A stretch of 64,000 nt of DNA, taken from positions 558,001 to 622,000 of the forward strand of contig CM061251.1 of assembly GCA_022605425.2 (NCBI GenBank), written 5' to 3'. The notes under the pieces are model-generated. The model had not been told where the DNA came from and ran no database searches. It was given only the letters and a program-made list of their open reading frames with translations. Both the position numbers and the translations under genes were made by a program. Shown here one piece after another: positions 25,981-38,475 of the stretch (position 1 is the first letter of the stretch; the number at the start of each line of letters is the position of its first letter). This stretch comes from Hamiltosporidium tvaerminnensis FI-OER-3-3. Its lineage: Eukaryota > Fungi > Microsporidia.

Positions 25981-28900
25981 TACAAAAAATATTTTAACTT
26001 TAAGTATTTTAGCTGTACAACGCACCGCAAGAAATCTTTAATTAATGTACCTGACGAGACGATTTAGAGAAAGACACTAAGCAGCAAAAATGGTGGAAAA
26101 AATATTTAAAAGTGATGAAATATGTTTCCCAGAATTTTAATTAAAAACAAATTCCTTTACTCCTGAATAAATCATTTATATATATTTGTGTCGTTTTAAA
26201 ATATCATTGTTTTGGGTGATCGCAATATAACTTTATGAATTTTGCGGAATTCTTGCATACAAACGAATTCTTAATATACTTTGATTATTTATGGAAAGTT
26301 AAATATTATTTTCTGTTATCCCTCGAAATCATACACAATTTTGTTGGTTATAAAATATTATTGTTTTGCATTTTATTCATAAAATCTTTTTAAATTTATG
26401 CATCAGTGTTTCTTTACCTTTGAAATGAAACACATTCTTTAAATTTGAAAATAGGTTTTCGCACACAGAGGAAATAGTCTTTCTAGTTTCTGTAGGTTAA
26501 AAGAAGAAATATATTTTTTGCAATTTTTTTGTTGATTTAAAAATTGTGCGGTTTACATTTCGTTCTCAAATAATATTAATTAAACTTTGACTGGCAATTG
26601 ATGCTTGCTTATTATAATATTTGTGAAGGAATACATTTTTTTAAAGAGACGCGCGTAAAAAACCACTTGCATTATAGCGATTTATCACAAATTTTCCACA
26701 AGAATATGATTAAAACGCTGTTTTACACGAGTAGAAGGCTAAAATAGAAAAAAACAGCGGTGTTTATTTTACCAACTATAAATAAAGTTCCAATGACGTA
26801 TAAAAAGTATTTTGCGATTCCAATTGCTCAAATTTTTTTGAATATCTTCAATATCTCTCATTTCAATAAGATATTCTTTTTTAAATCATAATAATCCAAC
26901 GAATTCAGGTTATATAGAAATTAATTCAGTGTCCATCTTTGAATTTTAGTAATATTTCTAGTACATAACTATCCATTAAAGAATTCGCAAGAATTCAGAT
27001 ACATTGTAATGCTGAGTGGAATTGTATTTTTTCATTTTCCAATTCACTTTAATAAAAGAAGTGAAAGTTGACCCGAAATTCAAATCGAAGTACCCGAATT
27101 TCTAGTTTTTCAATAAATGATGATAATTTTTCACTAGCTATTATAATTGTCCAAATCTTTTTATTGATACGTTCAATTATTAAATTCGCTGTATATATCG
27201 GCTAGGTAGGCTAGTCTCAGAACAGCTTCCATACTCTCAAAATATTTTACTAAATCACAGTTTCTACTGGTCAGTAACTAAATAAATTCTTCTCGGGATT
27301 CCAAAAAACCCAACGTAGCAGTTGGATTTTAGAGAGTATCATGTTCGGTGTGTATATAAGCAGAATATTTGCAGCAGAAATCCTTCACAAAAAACGAAAA
27401 TACCATGATCTGAAGCTCATCCGCGGTTGTATTTGACTAGATTTATTTATGGAATTAGAGGTTTTTTGGGAAATTTTGGCAAGGTTTTCACACTAAGTGC
27501 ATGAAAATATAGGCAACATGCGATATTCTAAATTGCAATGATTTTCTTTTTATCTGTGAAATCAAAGATTTTTGTCTGGCATCTCTGGAGCCTATTGTGT
27601 ATATGAGTCAATCACATCTAATAGTAGTTCACGTTTAAAAAATCTTTAGGGTGATCGTTAAAAGGATTTTCTCTCAAACTCGGCTCCAGTAGCGCACAAA
27701 ATAGAAATCGTTTTATAATTCATTTTCTTGTATATATCGCACAGATGCCAGTGTTGATTGTGGTTATAAACATTGATTGATTCATGCAAGTGTATACTTA
27801 TTTTTAGCAGCCCGATTCCCATGGCTTCTATTATCCGCAGTAAAATATCTTTATTGAAATCTTGAATTCACGATCAAATTATATTGTCGACAAAAAAATC
27901 TGCTGGATTTTATTATGTACTTCAAAATCTAATACTTTTTAAGTATTATTAATGTGCATGGTTTACACAATTCCCAGCGATCATATGTGGTTTTTTTTTC
28001 TTGGAACACATATATGCTACTTGATAGGGCATCTCTAATTGGGGCTTTAGAATTCCCGACCCGGATAATTTTGAGATTATATCACCGGAATTAAATCAAG
28101 TCTTTTTGTATTTCAAGTTATTCATGGTATGCGCCCTTATCTACCATGTAGATTGCAGAAATGCTCTGATAAATATTATGGTTTGAGTTTGCAATTTAAA
28201 AATATCTTGGAGCATAGAAAGTACTAGGCTTTTGATTAGCATTCCATTCTGTTATACAAGTAGATCAGTAAGCACCAATCGTATTGTTACATTGTCTTTT
28301 TTTGACATAGCTGGCCCCACTAGAATCAGTTAAATTATTTAAACATACCATTAAAAAACTTAACATGATATGCATTTAAATTATTGAGAAAATCACATAC
28401 GTTTGTAGTATAAATATATCCTTTCGGCTTGAGTAATTGTCCACTTTTGAATGTAAGGAATACTAAGCAATGTTCATAATTGAATGTATAGAGGCGTAAA
28501 CTTATTCGCTTACAAAGATTTCTCGCCTAACTACCGAAGACACATAATAAAAGACTCAAACAAAGAAACAAGGTGAGAAAGCCTTAGTGTTCAGTAATGG
28601 CCCGCTTTTTTCGCTTATAGACATCCGAATAACAATGAGTACGACTTTCGATGTGTGTGTGATGAACTTAGGCATACCGCCGATATTTCATTCATATATT
28701 TTTTCTTACTAGATTCTTAGTCCTAGAATATTTTTGTTTGTTGCAAAAAACCCACAATTATAATTTTTGTATGACCTAAAGCTTTTGACAGGAGTCTCTC
28801 CCACACCTCAAAAAAAATATTCTCGCATCCTTAGTTAAAGCCACTTTAATCATGGTTATTTTTTGTTCCTCTGACGATTCAATAGCTTAGAATTGTATAT

Positions 28901-30694
28901 GTAATTTGGCTATTTATATTGTAAATCGATGAAACAATGGAAGATTTAAAATTATTATTTGAATAATTTTTTTGCCAATATATTTGTAAAATTAACTATT
29001 TCAAAGTGATCAATGATTTATAATGAATTCTAACAACAATTTTAAATTAAATATTAGATATATTGACTATTATAAACTGATAAATGATATAAATTTAACC
29101 AATAAATATAATCTATTTAGATTTATCAGAAAAATTTATATTAAGCTGTAATAAACTAACTTACAACATGCAAATACGTTTTGCTTTTGATATTGAAAAA
29201 AAATAGTATTAACATATTCCAAATATCTGAATTAAACTCTGAAAATTGCATTGTAAACATAAAAATATGTTTTATTTTGACTATGCTTTAATAAAATAAA
29301 AAATGTTTTGGATTTTGGAATAAATCGATTTCATTTAAAAAAAGTTATTCGTTGTTTTAAAAAAACTATTTAACAAAATATTTAAATCTAAAATATTTTA
29401 TTAAAAACCGAAATAATTTCCTAATTTAAATAAATTATACCACTTATTGAATAATATGATAATGAATCATCTTATATTTGATACCAAACATCTTTAAGAT
29501 TATCATTACCATACCTTCAAAAAGGGTTGAAAACCCAATTTATATTTGATATTTAGGTCCTAGTACGCATAGTTTAGCTATACTTCAATATGATAGATAA
29601 TTTTTACAATTCTTTGAATTTTTTATGGTATAGAATTTAAGGTTTCAGATCTAATGGTAAAAACTTCATAAAATATAAAATAAGTAGAACTATTCTAAAA
29701 AAATATCAGTTTCGAAATTTTCAAATTATATGGTAATTTTTTTTAAGTTTTTTATTAAAAAAAATTCATTTATCGATAAGAGATTTTAATTTGAAAAAAA
29801 TATTTTTATAATTAAATTTTTTTTATTGTTAATTAATGGAACAAATAACTAGAAACAAGACAGATAAACTAAGTAAAATATAAAGCGAATTGGTCAAAAT
29901 TATTTAAATTCATTATTTTTATAACCAATTGAATAAATAAGAATAGGCAAGTAGTTATTTATTGACTAATCTATTATTTCGAGTTAAGAAGCTCTAAAAA
30001 AATTTTTTTTATTTTTTTTACTGATGTCTAAAAATAATTGGTTTTATTATAACTTTTATTTTTAAATTATTTTTATTTGCTGGTTTTTTTATAATTAATA
30101 GAATATTTTAATATTTGAATATATTTAGATTATTAATGAGAATATTTCGTGGATTATAAAATTATTTAATTGTATCTCTTTTTCATTTTTTTTTACTAAT
30201 TTTTCTTAAAAAATCTTTTTTTTTTCATTTATCTTTTTTTTTTGTAAAAAATACTTTTATTTTTCATCAAAATATAAATTTCGGTATAAAAATGACACTA
30301 TATTTGCTATTCTTGACCAAATGAACCAATTTGTCTGTAAATAGTAAATTGAGAATCACGAAAATTGTTTTTTTTCAGCTGTCAAGTAATTAAGCAAAAA
30401 AAATATTTTAAAAATAAAGAAATATAACAATAAAACACTTATATACGAAATGGTTGAAGAAATAACTTCGGTATTAAAATGGTAAATTTGGCAATATTAT
30501 ATTACTTATTTGCCTTTTTACGTTAATATTCAAATAATAATCTTAAAACACATGTTTAACCGACATCTTCGTTTTTGAATGAAAAAAAGTCATTTATTTT
30601 CAACAGTTGTATCCTTTTTTGTATTAATTCTGAAAATAATTGGATGATAAATGTAATATATTGATATATAAATAATCAAATAATTACCCCTAAT

Positions 30695-31168
30695 ATGAGA
30701 GCTACACCGCCAAAAAACGTTAAATTTATTGATTCTACTAGGGAAATATTGAATAGTTATAATAAATCAAAGTGTTCTAAACGTACTCGTACAAAACTTT
30801 CACTCGAGCAGTTGAATGCACTTGAAGAATCATTTCAATCATCAGCCCATCCAACCAACGAAATTAAAGAAGTTTTATCTAAAGAAATTAAAATTCCCGT
30901 TAAAAATGTACAAATTTGGTTTCAAAATCGTCGTGCCAAAGATAAAGCTGTAAAGGAAACTGTTACACATAGAAGTGATAGAAGAGGACACTTCGAACAC
31001 GAGTATATTGAATATCCACCTCATCAGTATATCCCATACGGTGGATATTCAAGTAGAGGTAGAGATAACGGATATTATCATATTAACGATTATGGATATT
31101 ATGACCAATCTTATGATGGATATTACGGTGATAGTGGAAAGTATGGAGATAAACAACGAAATGAATAA
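30695..31168 (+). CDS. Homeodomain protein
   Basis: KRTRTKLSLEQLNALEESF..HP..VQIWFQNRRAKDK; Tyr/Gly/Asp-rich tail; CCCC upstream. Confidence 0.95.
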   Translation: MRATPPKNVKFIDSTREILNSYNKSKCSKRTRTKLSLEQLNALEESFQSSAHPTNEIKEVLSKEIKIPVKNVQIWFQNRRAKDKAVKETVTHRSDRRGHFEHEYIEYPPHQYIPYGGYSSRGRDNGYYHINDYGYYDQSYDGYYGDSGKYGDKQRNE

Positions 31169-31406
31169 ATAAAAAGTGATTTTTGACAATTAATTTATTT
31201 CTCTATTATTTATCTCTTCCTTTCTATATAAAATGTTCGAAAATCATTTTTTTTTTAAATTTGTAAATTTTATTTTTCTAATTAAAATAATTTTCTTAAT
31301 ATTTTTTGATTGATAGTGAATAAAGGAAGATAATTGGAGAATAAAGATAAGCCCAATAAAAAAATACCCCTTTTTTAATTTAAATATATTTTTATAAGAT
31401 AACGAT

Positions 31407-31736
31407 ATGGAAGTATTTTATATACCAAGAGATCCTCGTACACGAAAAATACGATTTCTCACTGGCATTCCAGATAAAATCAAACGGAGAATATCTGAAA
31501 CCGATTGGAATAATATAATAACCGAAATAAATGAAAAACTTGTAACAAAAATAAGTATTATTTCCATTTTAAGTAATTTGTTGATAATACCGATTTTATT
31601 TTTTAATAATAGAAATTTAGATAAAGAAATTATTAATTATTTGGAATCCAAAAACACAGTTTTAAGGAAAAGAGGTATTTATATATGTTCACCTTCAATC
31701 ACACAATATTTAGAGCTTAAAGTCATTGTATATTAA
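31407..31736 (+). CDS. Erf4/GOLGA7-like small protein
   Basis: FYIPRD..IRF..IP..RIS..W...I.EIN ..YLE..N..L.KRGI pattern typical of the Erf4/GCP16 family. Confidence 0.65.
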   Translation: MEVFYIPRDPRTRKIRFLTGIPDKIKRRISETDWNNIITEINEKLVTKISIISILSNLLIIPILFFNNRNLDKEIINYLESKNTVLRKRGIYICSPSITQYLELKVIVY

Positions 31737-32370
31737 ATTTCTAGTATATTTTTTATATCTTTATACAATTAATCCTCGACATTAATAACTATGATATAGC
31801 ATAAATTTGTTTTAATCAATCTAGAACCGTATTTTCAGAAAGATAAATGACATTTTTAATAATTTATTTAAAGAATGAGTACCTGTCATATAATTAAGTA
31901 TTTTATTACCGATTTAATTAATTCTTATCAAAATATAATTATCCAATCTTTCCATTTGTAAAAATATAAATATAAAAATGATATCTATTAAAATCACCTG
32001 TTTTTAAATATTTCCCATTTACCATTTACAGTTTTGATTTTATGTTATTTATTTGCTCAACTTTTATTAACAATTAAATTATTCTTCAATATTTTTCGTT
32101 GCCAAATTATAAAATCAAATATATTTCTTACCAATTTTATATCCATTTCTTTACATAGAAATTCACTTAGTAGTTAATTAATTACCGAATTAAAAGAATA
32201 AAAATATATTTTGTAAACTTCATTTAGTAATCTATACTCTATAATTTAATCTTAAAGTAACTTTTAATTCTATTATTCAATTAAATGTGTACAATTCATG
32301 GGAATTGGAGTATACAATTATAAATTTTATAATTTATACTAAATTATTTCGTAGATTTACAATAAAAAGT

Positions 32371-32589
32371 GTAGGGATGATAACCACATAAAAAACCATT
32401 TGGTTGGAAAAAAGTGTGTAGAAATGGTCTGAAAATTATTTTTTCTATTTTGATGGGATATAAGTCACATTCGATCTATAGTACAATCCCTTTAATTTAG
32501 AGTTATAACAGATTAAAAAAACAAAAAGAAAACTTCATTTTGTTCAACTTCTACACTGAAAAGGTAAAAGAGAACTGAATCAGTAATAT
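32371..32589 (+). repeat. Short copy S2 of dispersed non-coding family
   Basis: GTAGGGATGATAACCACAT start; GATCTATAG, TTATAACAGAT and GAAAACTTCATTT blocks as in S1. Confidence 0.85.
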
Positions 32590-32858
32590 TTACAATAGAA
32601 TTTCGGCTAAAAAAAATATTTATTTTATTTTAACGAAATAAATTATTTAATTTACTTATTTTGGTAAAATTGGTTTTAAAGAACTTTTTTTTTAAATTAT
32701 TTTTTAATTAATTAATAGAGAAATATTTCCTTGAATTTCGTTTTGAACAAATTTATTTTAATTGCTTAGAATATTTAAAGGTATTTATTAAAGTAATAAC
32801 TGACTTACAGATTTTTAAATTTATATTTTTACACATTATATAATTTTTTAGATTTATT

Positions 32859-33071
32859 AAATTTACACTGATATAAACCAAAGAAGAAAAATAAATCAAC
32901 GTATATTTAATGAATCTAAGCAATTATATAATGAGAGAAAATATAAATTTACGCTGATATCAACCAAAGCAGAAAAATAAATCAACGTATATTTAATGAA
33001 TCTAAGCAATTATATAATGAGAGAAAATATAAATTTACACTGATATAAACCAAAGCAGAAAAATAAATCAA
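32859..33071. repeat. 86-bp tandem repeat, ~2.4 copies
   Basis: ATTTACRCTGATAT recurs at 32861, 32947 and 33033. Confidence 0.9.
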
Positions 33072-33201
33072 TATATTCAGTAAAAAGCTTAATTTAGTGT
33101 GTTTGGGTTGAACTTGGATTATTTAATGTGTTTATATATAGCATAATTCTTAAATTACTTTTTATGCATTTAAGTATAAATATAAATTTTAATGCATAAA
33201 C

Positions 33202-35520
33202 ATGCATGAAATGAAACAAACCATTCAACGAATTTTTAGAGAAAAGATAGAATTAAATGATCTGAAGAAAATAAATACGAATTTAAAAAATGAAAAAGTA
33301 AAAATTCTAATAAAACAAATATTATTAAAAGAAACACAAAATATTAGAAAAATATTATTAAAGTGTCGTTCTGTTGATGAACAAGAAGAATTTATAAAAA
33401 TAATTTATAAAAGTATTCCAGGAAGTATTTTTGAAAGAGAAAACAATTATTTTTTATCTTTGACATCACATTTTCTCAAAATAAATTCAAGAAATTTTAA
33501 TAATCAATCATTAGAATTTTTAAGAATTTTAAATTTTAAAAATGAAATTGTATTTGGATATAAAATTTCAAAATTTTTATATTTAAATGAACAACATTCG
33601 AACAAAAACATGTTTTTATTTTTCTGTGACAATTATTTCAAAACGATACTTACTAATAAGATTTTTATTGTAAAATATTCTTCTTTAAAGTATTTCTCTA
33701 TTAAAAATAATAGATTGGAATTTAAGCTTAATAGTAATGAAAATATGATTATAGAATTGTTACAAATAAATAATTTAGAAAATATAAAAATACAGAAGAA
33801 ATTACAGAAAAAAAATGTTGAATATTTTAAACCTGAAAGTATAAATACTCCTAAGACAAGTAAAATATCTCAACCCATACATGATATTTGTGTTAAGAAA
33901 AGTCCTTCGAATAATAAAAAAATAATTTTAAATGTTTCAGAATCTTTAACTAATAAAGAAGACAAAAATTTAGAAAAAGAAAATTTTAATCATTCAAAGG
34001 CAATTCAACTTACAGACAATATTAAATTAAAAATAAAATCTAATTTTAATAATTCAAAAATTACTCCAATTCTTGAAGAAATAAATGATATTGAAAGTGT
34101 AAAACATCAAAATGGTTATTTTAAAAAATCATTAAATGATTTTGATGGTGAGCCTCATGATAATTGTAAAACAAAGACTAATAATTTATTTTTCGCTACT
34201 TCAACAGAATTAGAAAATAATTTTGGTATCAATGCATGTAATAATCAAGAAAATAAAACCAATCATCAAAACCAATTCAAGGATAATAAATTAGAAAATC
34301 AAAGTTTAAGTATAAATTTGCAAAATTTTAATTCAACCAAGGAAGAAAATAATATTGAGGAATTAAAAAAAAGTGTTACCGAACTAAAAAATAGTATTAA
34401 AGAAAGCAAAAATAGTAACAAACACGATAATTATAGACCAAATAAAAATACTACGTTAATGAATACAACAAATCCACCAAGTGAAAGTATTTCTAATGAA
34501 TCTAATAAAAATATCGAAATGAATAGAAATTCTCGTTTTTTTAATAAAAAAAATCAACTTAGTGAAAACTCTTCTAATGAATCGAATAAAAATAGTGAAG
34601 CAAGTGAAAGTTTAAATTACAGTAATACAAAAAACCAAAGGAATGGAAATTATTCCGATGAATTCGATTTTATTGCCAAAACAAACGATGAAAATGAAGA
34701 TAGAAGCTTGAACAAGCCTCAAAGTAAGAAATCACTAAATATTTTAAAATCTAAAAATTCTTTCTCAAAGTTACCTACGAATAAATACAAAAGACCTAAA
34801 ATTTCTTTAGATTCCATTCAAATTTCAAAAAGTACTATCGAGCATACCAGCAGTCAAGATTCTTGCAATTCGAAATACAATGAAGAAAATAAAATTGAAA
34901 ATACAGAATTTAAATCGAGTGAGAGTAATTACAAATATTATAAGAAAGAAGAAAATAAAATTTACTCAGCAAAAAAAAGAAAGGAAAAAACTAAAAAGGA
35001 AATACAAAATAATCTGAAAACACCAATTTCAAATACAGAACACTATAAATCATATAAAGAACAGCCTCAATCTAGTAATTCACTTTCATCGATAAAGAAA
35101 CCGGAAGAAATGAGAAATCCATTTATTAAACAAACCAAATATTTAAATTCTACCGATTCACTTTCATCAATAAAAAGAACAGAGGAAACAAACAATATAT
35201 TTCTTAATGAAAATCTACTTCATTCATCTAATTCATGTACTACAGACAATTCAAATAATTCAGATTGTTTAACAAAATACATTTCTTCAGAACGAAATCT
35301 TTATCTAATAAATGATACATATAAATCAACATTTAAAGAAATACAAAAATATTCACCAAAATTTTCTTTAAATTTTGATGAAAAACTTAAAAAAGTGGTA
35401 AATTTAAAAATTAAACTTTTTAAAAGACTCAAGAAAATAATTTTAAGAAATCAAAATAGTAAGATTAAGAATCTTATTTGTAATTTAAATCGATTTAAAA
35501 ATATGAAAATAAAACTATAA
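33202..35520 (+). CDS. Hypothetical 772-aa protein, Asn/Ser/Lys-rich centre, basic helical C-terminus
   Basis: Long open frame; no family recognised. Confidence 0.8.
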   Translation: MHEMKQTIQRIFREKIELNDLKKINTNLKNEKVKILIKQILLKETQNIRKILLKCRSVDEQEEFIKIIYKSIPGSIFERENNYFLSLTSHFLKINSRNFNNQSLEFLRILNFKNEIVFGYKISKFLYLNEQHSNKNMFLFFCDNYFKTILTNKIFIVKYSSLKYFSIKNNRLEFKLNSNENMIIELLQINNLENIKIQKKLQKKNVEYFKPESINTPKTSKISQPIHDICVKKSPSNNKKIILNVSESLTNKEDKNLEKENFNHSKAIQLTDNIKLKIKSNFNNSKITPILEEINDIESVKHQNGYFKKSLNDFDGEPHDNCKTKTNNLFFATSTELENNFGINACNNQENKTNHQNQFKDNKLENQSLSINLQNFNSTKEENNIEELKKSVTELKNSIKESKNSNKHDNYRPNKNTTLMNTTNPPSESISNESNKNIEMNRNSRFFNKKNQLSENSSNESNKNSEASESLNYSNTKNQRNGNYSDEFDFIAKTNDENEDRSLNKPQSKKSLNILKSKNSFSKLPTNKYKRPKISLDSIQISKSTIEHTSSQDSCNSKYNEENKIENTEFKSSESNYKYYKKEENKIYSAKKRKEKTKKEIQNNLKTPISNTEHYKSYKEQPQSSNSLSSIKKPEEMRNPFIKQTKYLNSTDSLSSIKRTEETNNIFLNENLLHSSNSCTTDNSNNSDCLTKYISSERNLYLINDTYKSTFKEIQKYSPKFSLNFDEKLKKVVNLKIKLFKRLKKIILRNQNSKIKNLICNLNRFKNMKIKL

Positions 35521-35644
35521 ATGTTTATATTGGATTACCTTTTTTTATCTTAAATTAATTCTAAATTTTATAGGACAATTTCAAATTATTATGTCTTTTG
35601 AAGTATAAAAATCTGTATATTTATATAATTTTTTAAAAAAAATA

Positions 35645-35864
35645 GTTGGAAGTAGTCTAACCACATTAAAAATTACCTGCTTGCTAATGAGTGTGTAGAA
35701 TTGCTGTGAACATCAATGTCCATTTCGAGGATATATAATCCACACTGGATCTATAGGCTAATCACATGTATTACCGGTTTACAACATATTAAAAGAAGCA
35801 AATGAAAACTTCTATTCATTATCCTGGAAGCCGAGAGATAAAAAAGAAACTAAAAAGTAAGTAT
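35645..35864 (+). repeat. Short copy S3 of dispersed non-coding family
   Basis: TAACCACATTAAAAA, TGCTTGCTAATGAGTGTGT, GGATCTATAGG, ends GTAAGTAT. Confidence 0.8.
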
Positions 35865-35872
35865 GTTTAAAC

Positions 35873-36567
35873 AAATATCACATTTTTTTTAATATATACT
35901 AGTGTTATATTATTTTAATGATGTTAACACAATTCAGTTTTGCATATAACTGCTCCTCGATACTCCTTTGGCATCCCATAGAGACTACATTTCAAAGCCT
36001 TTCATCTAAAATATGTATAGAATCTATTTAGCGATAGGAAAGTTGCCCAAAGTTCGTTTGCCTATAATCCGATAAAATCTTAAATAGAACTGCGTCATCG
36101 GATTCCATAATACCAGCGGCTTTTCACTTACTCTACACTTACCGAAATAAATATTAAGATTTGCAATACTTAGGCGACTTGTATAAGATTATCTAAAAGC
36201 TCAAGCCAAACAAGCAGTTACAGCTTTATACTTTAGAATCCTAGCTTTTGAAAGTGAATTTTTATGTTCTTATATTCCTGGCACCAAATCTTTTAACGCA
36301 AATGAGCAAGGTACGGTTTCTATGCTTTTACATGAAAATTTTCAAGCATTTAGCCGTGGTTTACAATATAGTTACAAGAAAAAATGGATTTTTAGAAAAG
36401 GTTTCTTCGTTTTGTAGACGATCTTCACTTTATAAAAATTCCCATCGAACAGCCGAAATCTTAGTGTAGGTTCATTCTGCCGAAAATAAAAATTACGATT
36501 GCGTATGCGAATTTTATCCAATATTTCTCAGTAAGAAAGTACTTGATGCGAATATTCACTGTCAGCC
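35873..36567 (-). repeat. Long copy L4 (inverted, diverged) of dispersed non-coding family
   Basis: Reverse-complement blocks TATCACAT, CAAAGCCTTTCATCTA, AGTTGCCCAAAGTTCGTT, CACTTACTCTACACTT, ATGCTTTTACATG in order. Confidence 0.8.
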
Positions 36568-36952
36568 AAAAAATTCTAAATAAATATTAAACTTTGTATA
36601 TATTCTATGAGAATATACCTGAAAAGTAGATATATTATAGTTGTCATTTAAACCTTTTTAAGTAGAATTTTATAAAAAAATGGTTACAAAGAAGTAAACA
36701 AAAAACCACATATTAGATAAATAACAAATAAAAATAATTTATGTAGTCTTGCAAAAAATAATATAAGTCATTTAAGAATAATTTTATAATACGTTTAGAT
36801 GTCATTGTTTTCGTAAAAATAGAAAGCAAATTTTAACGAGAAACATAGAAATATTTAGTAAGAAAATAGATCTATTTTAAATGTAAAAGAATGTTTAAAA
36901 GAACATGTTACGAACTCTAAAATTTAGAATAGTTATTTTTAATTTGTTTTCG

Positions 36953-37023
36953 GCCCATGTAGTATAATGGTAGTACACCACGTTGTGGCCGTGGAGACCC
37001 GAGGTCGATACTCGGCGTGGGCA
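36953..37023 (+). tRNA. tRNA-His(GTG)
   Basis: Acceptor GCCCATG/CGTGGGC, D arm GTA..TAC, anticodon arm CCACG-TTGTGGC-CGTGG, T arm CCGAG-GTCGATA-CTCGG, TTTTT terminator. Confidence 0.95.
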
Positions 37024-37260
37024 TTTTTGTATTTTTATACATATAATTTTTAAGAAAATAACAAAAAATCGGATATCAGTTGACATAGAAACTTTTTGAA
37101 AATAAAACTTGTATTTTCCTGTAAAAATGGTAGATAAGAAATAAAAATTTTCATTTTGAAAAATATTTCCTGTTTAATAAGACCTGTAGTATAAAAAGAT
37201 ATTTTTTAAGAAGAAATAAAATTTAATATTTTTAAAAATATTTCTTTATTAATACTTATT

Positions 37261-37988
37261 GGTGGAGGAGAATAACAAGATAAAAAAACTTTTTGTTCGA
37301 CAATGAGTGTGTGAAAGTGGTGATAAGATAATTGTTTGGATTTTTGGTGGGAATAAAACCACACTACATCTTCGGTTATTCAATGGGATTTGTATGAGGA
37401 GGATAGGTCTACAAAATGGCAAAACTTTTTCTACAAATTTATTTGTAGTTTTTTATATAACTGGGTCAAAGGCCGCAGTCAAACATGTAGGTAATTGCCA
37501 TGTAAAAGCATGGAAAATATAGCCTTGCATACTCGGTTTAGAAGTCTTAGCGCCTGGAAGATATAAAAATAAAAACCATTTAAAGCCGGGAGAGCTGCGT
37601 AGCAGGTTATACCAGTAGGTATGACATTTTACTGTCTAGGTGAACCCCGTGTAAATCTATGAAATATATATTAGCTAGAAGTTCATTAGGTTCAGAAAGT
37701 GTAGAGTAAGTGGAAGGCTGCATAGTCTTGGGAAGCTTAGGAGGGGCTTCGGCCTTCGATCACACCCCATGCAACGGACATTAACGAACTTCGGGCAACT
37801 GCCTCGCCTATTAATTAGATTCTACACACCTGGTAGATGAAAGGCTTTGGGACCTAGGTATCGCAAGGGGTACTGATGGAATGTTGGGGTAGCAGTTTTT
37901 TATGTTAAAACTATAACTACATTAATGTGATGAAATCAAATATAACAATTGCCACTATTTTTAAGAAGATGTGATACTTTTAAATAAA
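37261..37988 (+). repeat. Long copy L5 of dispersed non-coding family
   Basis: GGTGGAGGAGAATAAC ... AAGATGTGATACTTTTAAATAAA; colinear with L1. Confidence 0.9.
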
Positions 37989-38475
37989 ACTTATTATTTA
38001 AAATTTGCACCTCTTTCATTATTTATATTAATTTCTATTTCAAATTTATTTATTTGGAAAAAAAATTTAGTTAAAATTTGTAATTTTATATACTCGTTAA
38101 CACACCCAATTGTGTAAAAATTTCGAATTTTTTCAAGATAAATTTCTATGAATTAAAAACCTAAAATAGTATTTTTGGTTTACGTAATTAACACAAATTA
38201 GACCTTTTTTATTCTTCATTACGCTTCTGTAAAAATTTTGTTCTAAAATTTTAGGTTTCTTTCAAATTAAATATTATTTTAAACCATTTATAAGATACAA
38301 AGTCTATCTATTCTATTATTTGTTATACATGCTATTTTCTTTGTCTTCTTAATTGAAATATATATTTCAAATACCAATTAATTATTGTAATTCGTTTTTT
38401 TCCTATCTCATTCATTATTTTTTAATCATTTAATTTTTAATATTTTTTTATTAGAAAATACCCCCTGATTTATAA

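Noticed and set aside
3732-37522. Short ORFs inside element copies (3732, 14893, 20152, 36248, 37307)
   Set aside because: They use different frames and strands in different copies, so they are chance openings.
37261-37988. Element family as protein-coding under an alternative code (TAA/TAG aligned with CAA, TGA with TGY)
   Set aside because: Local synonymous-looking runs exist, but substitutions are about even across codon positions, 1-nt indels are frequent, and real genes here end in TAA, TAG and TGA.
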